From Eledone cirrhosa (Eukaryota): DNA of 64,000 nucleotides. Location: positions 281,046,001-281,110,000 of the forward strand of contig OZ024743.1 of NCBI GenBank assembly GCA_964016885.1, read 5' to 3'. Shown piece after piece: positions 38,726 to 51,082 of this stretch (its first letter is position 1; each line of letters opens with the position of its first letter). The notes under the pieces were generated by a model that worked only from the letters and a program-made list of their open reading frames with translations, searched no databases and was not told the origin of the DNA. The translations under genes were made by a program, and so were the position numbers.

Positions 38726-39432
38726 GGATTTCACTAAATTCTGTGGATGAATCTATATCCTGATTCTCTTTGAGATGAGTTTGAATTATTTTTCCCATAT
38801 CTTACACTAACTATTTTTCCCATTTTGACGCTATAGTCACTTATATATTATGGAATACTGTTGGCTTTTTGCTACAATGTTTTCTATACCTTTCATTTAT
38901 ATATATATACTCGGATTTCTTTCCTAGAGTGCTTAAATTATTTGTGACTAATCCCGGTATTTTTTTATAAAAAACCGCGATAATATTGCTTTTTGCTGAA
39001 CTCCTTATTGTAGAGTTTTGTTCGGAATGTTTTTTGACTGTTGTTTCTTGTAAACAAACATTCGTCTCATTCTGACGTCACCAGCCCTGTCTTTCCACAT
39101 GTGCGTTTTATTTTCCATAATCACGCATGATGGTGAACTAGCCTGTTTTAAATTCACTTTTTGGCATATTAATCTGTGAGAATTTTGGTTATCGAGTTGA
39201 GCTCTGCTGAGGATCGAATTCCAAGCGTGACCATCTCCACTGAAAGTTTTCGTGAAATAGTCTTTAAGACTATACAGAGCATTTGAAGTTTTTCCAAATT
39301 GAAAGATGAGTATTTTAAACTTTATTTTATCATGAGTTAAGGCTCCATTGATTTTTCCCTGGATTTCACTAAATTCTGTGGATGAATCTATATCCTGATT
39401 CTCTTTGAGATGAGTTTGAATTATTTTTCCCA
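38726..39432. repeat. Unit with 72-bp terminal direct repeat (635-bp period) adjoining (TA)n
   Basis: ggatttcactaaattctgtgg...ttatttttccca at 38726-38797 and 39361-39432. Confidence 0.85.
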
Positions 39433-39637
39433 CATCATACGGATATATATATATTGATCTATCGATCTATTTATCTCTGTATATTACTTTTCATATGTGT
39501 TCTATTTCTTCATGATCTCTCTATTTTCTTACAATCACCTTCACTAATGCCGTTAGAAACTAATACCATTATCAACATCCTTCTCAGTAATAATTATATA
39601 TAACCACATTGTATATAGGTTCATACACGATTTTATA

Positions 39638-39782
<145 letters not shown>

Positions 39783-40067
39783 TTATTATTTATTATTGCT
39801 AAGTGGTGAGTTTTGATGCTATGGAGTTTCACTTGTGTACTCACAGGATGATCATACATACATACCCACATACATACACACATACATACACGCATACATA
39901 CATACACACATGCATACATACATGCATACATGCATACATACATACACACATACATACACGCATACATACACACATGCATACATACATGCATACATGCATA
40001 CATACATACATACATGCATGCATACATACATACATACATACATACATACATACATACATACATACAT

Positions 40068-41311
40068 GGCGTCTGCCAACTCGTTTTCGAGTACGGCCAC
40101 TACTTTATATCCATGTAGGAGAACCCCTACCAATGCGCTGAACGAGTGTGACTTTTTAGTCCAGCCAGCGACTTGAAAACTCTGGTACAAACACTACACT
40201 TGTGACAATTATTGACACATAGTGCTGGGCCCATGGTACCATGTGACGACAAGTGCAGAGAGATCTCCAGATATAAAGCAATGCCTGTGCTGTGAAGCTT
40301 TTATAGTGAGCAAAGGCACTGCACAAAGCCAGTCCCACTCTCTTAACCAAGATGATATTTACCAAAAAGAAGAACAATTCAACATCATTGGATACCATCA
40401 GGGTTGCAGGTGTTATATCAGAGTTTTCCTTCTCCTAGAATTCTGCCTTGACAAAGGCTAAGGGGTCATCTCTCCCGGTGATTTTGGATGGCTATTGACT
40501 CTTAAGAGCCCCTTTGCCCTTTGACAGGTTTTGTTTTTAGTCCTGCAGGATGTCCAAAGCCACCCTCCTCACCAAGAAACCTTGGTGGGGTTGCCAGTTT
40601 AGTCGCCAACGACCCGACCATGAGACAGGTTGTACTGGGATACATGTTACCAATAGCACCAACTGGTGACCTGACACATACATACATACATACATACATA
40701 CATACATACATGATGATGGCTGCCCCCTCGTTATCGAGTATGGCCATTGCATGATATACTATTATTCATAATTATTAATTAATTCTATCGTGCAATGCCT
40801 GTGCGTGAAGATATTTTCTAAAGTTAGGAAAGGCTGTGCACTAGCCAATCCCACTCTCTGAGAGACAGTAGTTATAACCCGAAAAGAAGAAAATATCAAC
40901 ATCATCGGTAACTACTGAGCCGCAGGTTTTATATCGGAGTTATCCCAGTTTCCTGAGTTGCCTTCTCCTAGAAGAATGCCCTGACAAAGGCTAGGGGTCC
41001 TTCACTCCCAGTGGTTTAACCGCGCAGTACATGTGTATACACATATTTACACACTTTTGGATGGCCGTTGACACTTATGACTTCTTTCTCCCTGTGTCAG
41101 GTTTTGTTTTTTGTCATGCAGGGTGTCCGAAATCACCCTCCTCACCATGTAAAATTGGTGGGGTTGCTGGTTTAGTCGCCGACGACCCGACCATGCGACA
41201 GGTTGTATTGGGTTACATGTTACCAATAGCACTCTAGAGTGACCCGACATACATACCTGCATACATACACACATACATACATACACACATGCATACATAC
41301 CATGGTGGCTG

Positions 41312-41387
<76 letters not shown>

Positions 41388-41763
41388 TACATACATACAT
41401 ACATACATACATACATACATACATACATACATGGTGGCTGCCAACTCGTTTTCGAGTACGGCCACTACTTTATATCCATGTAGGAGAACCCCTACCAATG
41501 CGCTGAACGAGTGACTTTTTAGTCCAGCCAGCGACTTGAAAACTCTGGTACAAACACTACACCTGTGACAATTATTGATACATAGTGCTGGGCCCATGGT
41601 ACCATGTGACGACAAGTGCAGAGAGATCTCCAGATATAAAGCAATGCCTGTGCCGTGAAGCTTTTATAGTGAGCAAAGGCATTGCACAAAGCCAGTCCCA
41701 CTCTCTTAACCAAGATGATATTTACCAAAAAGAAGAACAAGTCAACATCATTGGATACCATCA
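40068..41763 (-). mobile_element. Head-to-tail cluster of three non-autonomous RTE-derived (bipartite) retroposons separated by (CATA)n
   Basis: Copies at 40068-40675, 40711-41248 (diverged) and 41433-41763 (5'-truncated). RTE 5'UTR motif ctaggagaaggaaaactctga (40418-40438, minus). 3' part encodes CSVCTRVFKSLAGLKSH, like the RTE C-terminal zinc finger. (TATG)n tails. Confidence 0.75.
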
Positions 41764-44068
41764 AGCAGCACTGAACTATTTTTTATCGACCTCGAAGGAG
41801 TGAAAAGCAAATTTAACTTCCGTCGGTTTTCAACTCGGAGAGTAGAGAACCGAAGCGAACACTGCAAAGTATTCTATCTTCACCGCTTGAAATAAATATA
41901 AACATCAATAACATAGCGACTCTAACACCAATGCCGACAGTTCACCCACCATTAAGCTTCCTCGTCTCTGCTGTTACTAATCACAGTCCGCAAGATGACT
42001 CCAATATTATGTTAAATATCTTCCCAGTTATCTTTTCCCATCTTCTCCACATGCTTTTGTTAAAATTGCAGGTTTATGCAGTTTTAACGATCCAGCATAC
42101 GGTTTTCCTTTAGAATTGAATATCTACTACTACTACTACTACTACTACTACTGATGATGATGATGATGATGCTACTATTGATACTACTACTACTGCTACT
42201 ATCATCATCATCATCATCATTTTAAATGTTGTCGTTTAAACGAGTGGCTTGTGTGGGGGGAGTAGTGTATTTGTCACCCTATGGATGTGCAATGTTCCTT
42301 TTAGATTTCTTTGTTTCACAATATCCTGTTGTGGCAGAATTTCATTAGGCGAGCAGTTACGTGGAGTAGTCACGTGGCAGAGAGAAGTGGTGTGCAGATG
42401 GGTGAAAATGCAGTTAATAAAAGAAATAATAAAAATCACGAGAAATATGGAGATGTTAATACGATGAATCGGGTGGTACCCCACTCAGTCACCTAAACCA
42501 CATAAACCTCCATTTTCTCCCTGGAGTAATTCTTAGAAATTTACAAATAATTTATTTCTTTTGCTTCGCTTCCTTTTTTTCTTTCTTACTTTCTTTTTTT
42601 TTTTTTCTTGGGTTGAATGCCCAAAATATGCTACTTCGAAGGGAAAATTTTTTCACGAAAAAACAGTACACATTAAGGACGGCCCACTCGAATAAACGGC
42701 CTGCCTTATGGGCTTGAGCAGCAGCATCGACCAGACAAATGGCTCTGCTGTTGAATTGAAATCCAGAACTGGCGAAAGTCATATTGCATTTTTCCTGTTC
42801 AATAACATCTGGGAATTGATACTCTAAAGTTCACATCTCTTTAATTCAAACGTGGAGCCGAAACTTGAGGGTATATGAAAGCCACCTTCAAGAAGATCCA
42901 GGTCTTCATTCACCACTGTCATTACGAGGCTACTCAGCACAGAAGCCATTGGTCAAAGAAAATCAACAACATGACCTTGTAGGAGCAAATCCATCAGATC
43001 CTCGTTTATATAGAGATCAAATGGAGTAAGTAACACTTTATTGAACCCACTGTCAGAAGGATCCAACACAATGTCACCAGATAATCTCTTTGCTGGAAAC
43101 CCCGGGCAAAAGCAAGAGAGAAAGGCCAAAGAAATGAAGTGAGATTTGGATGGAGCTAGAGGTAATCGGAGAAGGCCCAGAACAAGCATGGGAGGAAGAA
43201 AATTGTCGATGGCCTTCTGGTGGAGTTTCACATTCTAATGACGGGGAATGGGAAAAAAAACTATTATCAACTGAAACGATTCTTGTTGGAGAGGGCTGTC
43301 AGATTATGTGAAAAAAAGCAAGGAAGAGAACCGCTATAGTCTGAGATGATCCAATTTTTTAGGAATATTTTTAGCACTGCACTTTCTTTTTATGCGAACT
43401 TGGAAGAAGTAATGAACACTGATATGAGATATCAAAGCTGATAAAATAAAACGCAGGGAAAACATGACAAACAAATATGTTGATAGGTAACCGCAAGGGA
43501 AAGAAAAATATTGTTACAAATTATTTATCAGCTATGAGCCGGCCAATTTTCCATTGAGCAACGCACACATGCATCTGAAGACAACTATATACACATCAAC
43601 GTGTATTTACACATCAACATGTATGTTCTAAGGTAGGCCAAGTGGGAGAATCTGGGTAGTTATGATCTTTCTTCACAACTGACAATCTGTAATTTTAGAG
43701 GAAAAACTAGCATTTGCACGGAAATATTTTAAAAGAAATGTTGTAGATAACAATTGCGGTGATGGAATCGATAATATAATTCCTATTTAAATCTAACAAA
43801 TAAAAAATAATAAAAGACTGATAAAGGCGTCTAGTAGAAAAGATACAGGTGTTGTTATTTAGCCGGTGCTAAATGAGATAATATCAAGTAGAATTTATTT
43901 GTTATAATTACTCTGGTTCTTAAATTCCTATAGATACGATTAGGAGTATAGATTTGATTCATATACGATATCCTCTTTACGTTGTATTACTGGGTTAGTG
44001 GTGGTGATTATATTCCATAGATTTGTGATAATCACCTTGATGTCAACGGGTACGATTCTTTGATAGGC

Positions 44069-44790
44069 TACTACTACTTACTTTGACTCTAAACTCCACC
44101 AGTTGTAGACTGCGCATCAACATGAGATATTTTTCTCCACAAAGTTCGATCACCAACAGCAGAGTTTAAAGAGTAAAGATCAAGTCCAGTCCATAAGTTG
44201 ACATTGTCAAGCCATCGTTTTGGCTGCCGACATCTACTTCTCTTACCAGCCAAACATCCCTCCAGGCATAACCTACTCACACCATGAGTTGCTATTTTTA
44301 TATAACCGTATCGTGTGAGTACTCTTGACTTGACAATTAATGTAATTGGTCTAAGTCTGGTAATGTTGAGCAGCTCACTGATACAGATACGGTCGCTGAG
44401 CCGCTTGCCAGTCATAAGTCTCATGATGTGGTTCTGGAATGTAGAGAGTTTCTGAAGTGACCTTGTCATCCAAGTAACACAGTCAAGACCATATAACACA
44501 ACTAGTAGGATGTAAGTATCGAAGATCTTAGCCTTCAAATGATAGGAAACTCGTTTGATGTTAGTACTTCCTTGTTCTTGTTGAAAGCTGCCGAATTTAG
44601 AGCGATGCGATACTGCACAGCAACCATTCCATTGTTGTTTGATGATAGTTTGTGACCGAGATATACAAACTCCGTAACTTGAGCAATTTGTTGATTGTAG
44701 ATTGTGAGTTGGAGATTGGCATTGTTGTTATCAGTTGATAGGCGATCGACACCAGCTACATACTCCAGGCGTCTGAAGGTCACGAAAACA
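44069..44790 (-). mobile_element. RTE-clade LINE 3' fragment with (TAG)n tail
   Basis: VTEFVYLGHKLS, KAKIFDTYIL.VVLYG, CLEG...GKRSR.RQPKRWLDNV. Confidence 0.85.
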
Positions 44791-44810
44791 TGCCTGAGGT
44801 AGGTTGTAAG

Positions 44811-44922
44811 AATTACTTCTACAGAACTAGAACTGTTTCATTCCTAAGAAATCATCAGGAAAATCCGGACTTTCCTGGTAATTTCTGACGAATAAAACAG
44901 TTCTAGTCCTGTAGAAGTCATT
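44811..44922. repeat. 112-bp imperfect palindrome centred on TCCGGA (MITE-like)
   Basis: aattacttctacagaactagaactgttt...aaacagttctagtcctgtagaagtcatt. Confidence 0.8.
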
Positions 44923-44950
44923 TATATTATAAAATGAATATATATATATA

Positions 44951-45053
44951 TGGAAAAGAATGAAACGAAATTTCATTTTTCACTCTTAGTACGGCTGATA
45001 CCTAAATATAAGTATGTATACGTACATACATATATGTGTACATACAGACGTAC

Positions 45054-45084
<31 letters not shown>

Positions 45085-45528
45085 CATACATACATGCACA
45101 CTTATATATATATATATATGTACGTATGGGTTTACCGAACATTTATTATAATGTTCGGTTTGTTTGTAAACAAACAGCCCGAATTACACCGTACAGTGCT
45201 CGGCAACCATCGTCGCCCTTTTGTTCAACACTGACACAGGAACGTATATACTTTCAAACGTTCAATCATCTGACAGAAAGGTATGCGATGCTGACGATAG
45301 TTAATAAGCTTGAAACTAGTACATCGTTCCTGTGTCAGTGTTGAATAAAAGGGCAACGATGGTTGCCGAGCACTGTACGGCGTAATTCGGGCTGTTTGTT
45401 TACAAACAAACCGAACATTATAATAAATGTTCGGTAAACCCATACGTACATATATATATGTGTGCATGTATGTATAAATATACATACTACTGTACGTCTG
45501 TACACATATATGTATGTACGTATACATA

Positions 45529-45535
<7 letters not shown>
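44951..45535. mobile_element. Family A foldback, copy 2
   Basis: Left arm 44951-45245, right arm 45246-45535, hammerhead at 45286-45326 (+). Confidence 0.9.
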
Positions 45536-45573
<38 letters not shown>

Positions 45574-45578
<5 letters not shown>

Positions 45579-46361
45579 TTCAAAATAAATTTCAAATATA
45601 TATATATAGAGAGAGAGAGAAAATTGAGGTTGGTAATGGCACATGGAATATATAAGAGACAGAATACTTTTTTGTGAAAAAACATATAATTTTATAAGGT
45701 AAGGAAATAATAAAGGGTATAAAAAATGACCGGTTTCGATGGGTCTGAAAAAGCCATCTTTTCAAATGTTGATTAATATTAAGAAAAATTAATAATAAGA
45801 AGAGTTAAAATTTGAGATTTGAAAATTCAAGTATAAAATTCATTGTGGGATTTCATAGTAGTTTTCATCTTGGTAGCAGCTAGTTGATTGCTGTGTGCCT
45901 TTCTGGTAGTGAATGAGAAGTTATTTGGGGGTGTGGGTTATTTTATAAAGGTCAGATTTAGCAATGGCCAGATGGCCAGCTGCTTATTAAATAATATAAA
46001 ATAACCCACACCCCCAAATAACTTCTCATTCACTACCAGAAAGGCACACAGCAGTCAACTAGCTGCTACCAAGATGAAAACTACTATGAAATCCCACAAT
46101 GAATTTTATACTTGAATTTTCAAATCTCAAATTTTAACTCTTCCTATTATTAATTTTTCTTAATATTAATCAACATTTGAAAAGATGGCTTTTGCAGACC
46201 CATCGAAACCGGTCATTTTTTATACCCTTTATTATTTCCTTACCTTATAAAATTATATGTTTTTTCACAAAAAAGTATTCTGTCTCTTATATATTCCATG
46301 TGCCATTACCAACCTCAATTTTCTCTATAACCTTCGTTTTGTGTAGTAAATTACACTTTTC

Positions 46362-46393
<32 letters not shown>

Positions 46394-46440
46394 TTGAAAT
46401 TTATTTTGAAACTTTTTCTTATTTACTAAACCTTGATTAT
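45574..46440. mobile_element. Family I foldback (~330-bp arms, ~47-bp spacer)
   Basis: 45615-45947 is the inverse of 45995-46326. Outer segment tttgaaatttattttgaaactttttcttat is shared with family H. Confidence 0.92.
46172..46219 (+). ncRNA. Hammerhead variant with U3:A8 core (family I); inverse copy at ~45723-45770
   Basis: aacau-UUGAAAA-GAUGG-cuuuugcagac-CCAUC-GAAA-CCGG-UC-auuuu. Confidence 0.65.
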
Positions 46441-46452
46441 ATATATATATAC

Positions 46453-46531
<79 letters not shown>

Positions 46532-46536
46532 TATAT

Positions 46537-46598
<62 letters not shown>

Positions 46599-46599
46599 G

Positions 46600-46907
46600 A
46601 TATTAATAAATGGAAACTATATTTATAAAACCATATTTATTTCATTATACATATTTCAGGGATACCACATTAAATTATGGTGTTGCTTAACACTATGACT
46701 TATTAAAATAATATAAACAATTCACTATCCAGACAGCCTCCAAAAGTAATGGTTGCATTTTAAAAAGGTACGTCAAAGCTATTTGTAAAACTGTTATATA
46801 TTGTATTTTGTCTGATGAAGGCATACCATAATTTAATGTGGTATCCCTGAAATATGTATAATGAAATAAATATGGTTTTATAAATATAGTTTCCATTTAT
46901 TAATAAC
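46600..46907. mobile_element. Family K foldback with hammerhead at 46805-46867 (+)
   Basis: 46602-46682 is the inverse of 46824-46905. auuuugu-CUGAUGA-aggcauacca..ugguaucccu-GAAA-uaugua-UA-augaaau. Confidence 0.85.
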
Positions 46908-46999
46908 GTATATCTACTCCAAAAACTTGTCGAGTACTTTATATCAGTTATAAAAATATTTACTTGTTGTATCCCAACAACTTTAAATAGAACTTTTGC

Positions 47000-47033
<34 letters not shown>

Positions 47034-47211
47034 ACACATATATATATACACACATATATATATATATATACACATATATATATACGCATATAAGTAGAAG
47101 GGATATTTAATTTGTTGGAAATCCGACAAATATAAATGTTTATAACTGATTTAGATCACTCAATGTTTATAACTCATTTAGAGCACTCAACCGATAAGTG
47201 GAGTAAATATT

Positions 47212-47576
47212 CAATGATATTAAATAAATGGAAACTATATTTATGAAACCATATTTATTTTATTATATATATTTCAAGGGTACCAAGACACATTGGTACG
47301 CTTTCCTCAGATAAAATACAAAGTTTGTTTTATAAATAGAGACATACCCATGAAAATCATACCTTATCGGATGGATATTCTTTGGATATTCTCTGGACTA
47401 TCCAGCGAATATCCAACCGATAAGGTATGATTTTCATGGGTATGTCTCTATTTATAAAACAAACTTTGTATTTTATCTGAGGAAAGCGTACCAATGTGTC
47501 TTGGTACCCTTGAAATATATATAATAAAATAAATATGGTTTTATAAATATAGTTTCCATTTATATAATATCATTGT
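47212..47576. mobile_element. Family K2 foldback (~165-bp arms) with a hammerhead in each arm
   Basis: 47212-47377 is the inverse of 47411-47576. Confidence 0.9.
47470..47530 (+). ncRNA. Type-I hammerhead ribozyme (family K2)
   Basis: auuuuau-CUGAGGA-aagcguaccaa-uguguc-uugguacccuu-GAAA-uauaua-UA-auaaaau; perfect 7-bp stem I. Confidence 0.85.
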
Positions 47577-47610
47577 ATATACACACATATATATATACAC
47601 ATGTATATAT

Positions 47611-47647
<37 letters not shown>

Positions 47648-47651
47648 CACC

Positions 47652-47709
<58 letters not shown>

Positions 47710-47742
47710 TATATATACACACACACACATATATATATATAT

Positions 47743-47787
<45 letters not shown>

Positions 47788-47810
47788 TATATATATATAC
47801 ACACACACAC

Positions 47811-47919
<109 letters not shown>

Positions 47920-48063
47920 AAAAAGTACTACCCTAAGTATTGAGTACTCTGGTGCATTATGGTCCATCTGGTTCCTTACCACAATTCCTTTGTTATATAT
48001 ATATATATAGGAAAATCAGCTTTAGGGAAATCTGATTTAGGAAAATCTGCTTCGTAGAATCAA

Positions 48064-48159
48064 GACGTATCTGAGGACCTTGCGATTTTCAGAGTCAGGT
48101 TCAATCATCACATCGATCGTGCCTCGAGCTGGTCGCCAGAGAAACTATTGTAATATGTC
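48064..48159 (+). ncRNA. Type-I hammerhead with long stem II insert, in a 260-bp (TA)n-flanked insert (48010-48270)
   Basis: gacguau-CUGAGGA-(63 nt)-GAAA-C-uauu-G-UA-auauguc. Confidence 0.65.
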
Positions 48160-48332
48160 CAATTAATTCCATTCGTTGCAACATTGATTCTCTTTTTCTG
48201 TGATATCATACTCTGCTCTATGAGGGCATCGAGTGCTCAAACGGACGCTTTAAGCATCCAACACCAATTATATATATATATATAAGTTAAAACAATGAAA
48301 TAAAAAATCAAGTCATTAGAGATATGCTTCAC

Positions 48333-48468
48333 TGCTTTACGGTCGTTTCTAGATGGTGATAATACATTGTAGCTATACTCAGTAATTGATCTATGTAAGG
48401 TTATTTACAAACTATCAGATAAAGAGAATATTTACTTACATGCATATCACCAGCTGTTTTCAAAAGCA
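48333..48468 (-). ncRNA. Hammerhead variant (U3:A8) with ~100-nt stem II, in a PLE-type 3' end remnant
   Basis: Reverse complement: ugcuu-UUGAAAA-cagcuggugaua...uaucaccaucua-GAAA-C-gacc-G-UA-aagca. Confidence 0.55.
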
Positions 48469-49239
48469 ATAATAATTTTATTCAATAATGATTTTATTCA
48501 GAATTAGTAGTATGTTAGTATTATGTTCTTATTTGGAGGTAGTTGAAGAACTGACGAATCAAATTGTTTTTTTCATATGGTGTTAAGATGAAAAGTAATA
48601 TACTTTAGTTGAGGTCATGACCCTTTGAAAGGAATGGTTGAAGGGTGTTAGTAGAGTTGGCATAAAAATCTATTAGGAGGAAAGGGATTGTCAAACTGAT
48701 AGTTGAATGTATCTGGTATAGTGAAGTTTAAAAGGAATGTCAAAATAAATGGTGATTAGTGTTGTATTGAGTTTTAAGGTGAATATAAATTAAGGTTATG
48801 GCTAGGAGAGATAGTATATTAAAAGATGAAAATTATAATAAGATAATGAGATACAGTAATGCGATAATATACAACTTAACCAACACAATATAGTACTGTG
48901 TGGTAAATTGCATTTAGTATAATATAGCATATGATACGTTCTAAAATACTATCACGTATGTTTATGCATAAATAATCAAACTCAGATAAATACATTTTGG
49001 CATAGTTAAAACACATAAATTTCATAGATTACAAAGTGCATATACCCACACTATATGTAGAGAGAGGTACAGTTAAATTGATATCCAAACAAAAATATAC
49101 ATATGCACTAATAGACGCAAATCTAAATACACATTTACACGCATGCATATAATCATATACATACATATCCATACATATCTATATCCACACTTACACTTCT
49201 ATACCCACATATATACATATATATATATACACACACACT

Positions 49240-49307
<68 letters not shown>

Positions 49308-49400
49308 TATATACACATATACATATATATATACATATATGTATATATATATATATATACACATACATATACATATATATACACATACACACACACACAT

Positions 49401-49482
<82 letters not shown>

Positions 49483-49667
49483 GTGTGAATATATGTACAC
49501 TCCTCATACATGTACACATACTCACACATAAACACTCATACACCTATACTCACACATACACACAAAGAAACACATATATATATACATATATATATATATA
49601 CACATATATATATATATATATACATACATACATACATACACATACACACATACACACATATATAAGC

Positions 49668-49704
<37 letters not shown>

Positions 49705-50094
49705 TACATAAATACATATACACACATATACATATATATACATACACACACATAAATATATTTCTATATCATACATAGATATATATTTACTCATGCAATT
49801 ACGGGTGGTTGTGTATCTTGTTGCCTTTAGTCATTAACACATAAATCTAAGGAAGCTAAAACATTAAAAGCCAAAAGATAAGCATGAATGCATATAATTA
49901 GGGGAAAGAGGTACTAATAAATGTTACACTATATGGAATTATAGTGAGTTGCTATTTAGAATATTTAATTAGGTTTACAGTATTTAATTAGGTTTATAGT
50001 ATTTAATTAGGTTTATAGTATTTAAATGTTTTTCGTATACGGTGATTACAAACTATGATCAAATCTTGTCTTTTATTTAATAATATATATATAT

Positions 50095-50316
50095 ATTTAT
50101 TAAAATAACAGATTAAAGTTTCAGCAAAGAATCGCTGCTTTCACCCTTAACGGGATCTTCTGAAACTAAAAAGTCAATCTGTGAACGCAGAAGTAAATAT
50201 TTCAAAAAACGTTGCAACCGAAGGAAGACAGGAAGACAAAGAACAAAAAAAACGAAGATAATACGTCATTATTTGGTCCGGTGAAAACAATTACACGCAA
50301 AGACAAAACCACTTTT
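50095..50316 (-). mobile_element. PLE1-family pLTR fragment (family C)
   Basis: Matches 11170-11425 with an internal deletion. Confidence 0.9.
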
Positions 50317-50363
50317 ATATATATATATAGAGATATAGATATATACATATATATATATGTATC

Positions 50364-50605
<242 letters not shown>

Positions 50606-50618
50606 TATACACACATAT

Positions 50619-50649
<31 letters not shown>

Positions 50650-50766
50650 TATCTACATATATATATATATACATATATACATATATACATATATATATAT
50701 ACATATATACACATATATACATATATACATATATACATATATACATATATATATATATACATATAT

Positions 50767-50827
<61 letters not shown>

Positions 50828-51082
50828 GGAGGTGAGTTTTCTTATAGCACAATAAAGCAATGCAAATATCGGATAAGTACCACTCTTCTTTTAACCATCT
50901 TTTTATCTTATATTATTTATACTCCAGTCCTACAAACTGTAGAGTGCTACTTATCCGATATTTGCATTGCTTTATTGTGCTACAATAAAACTCACCTCCT
51001 ACATTAACTAGCTCCTTAACTGTTTGAGCGCTAACCCTCATATCGGATACCTTTTGATGGTCTTTAATTTTTCTTCTACAAC

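Noticed and set aside
41520-41580. C2H2-like CSVCTRVFKSLAGLKSH as a host zinc-finger gene
   Set aside because: Lies in a repeated retroposon just before its tail and matches the RTE ORF C-terminal finger.
42630-43240. Non-repetitive GC-richer stretch, possible exon or LTR-integrase remnant (QTNGSAVE)
   Set aside because: Stops in the plausible frames and only one weak motif; cannot assign without a search.
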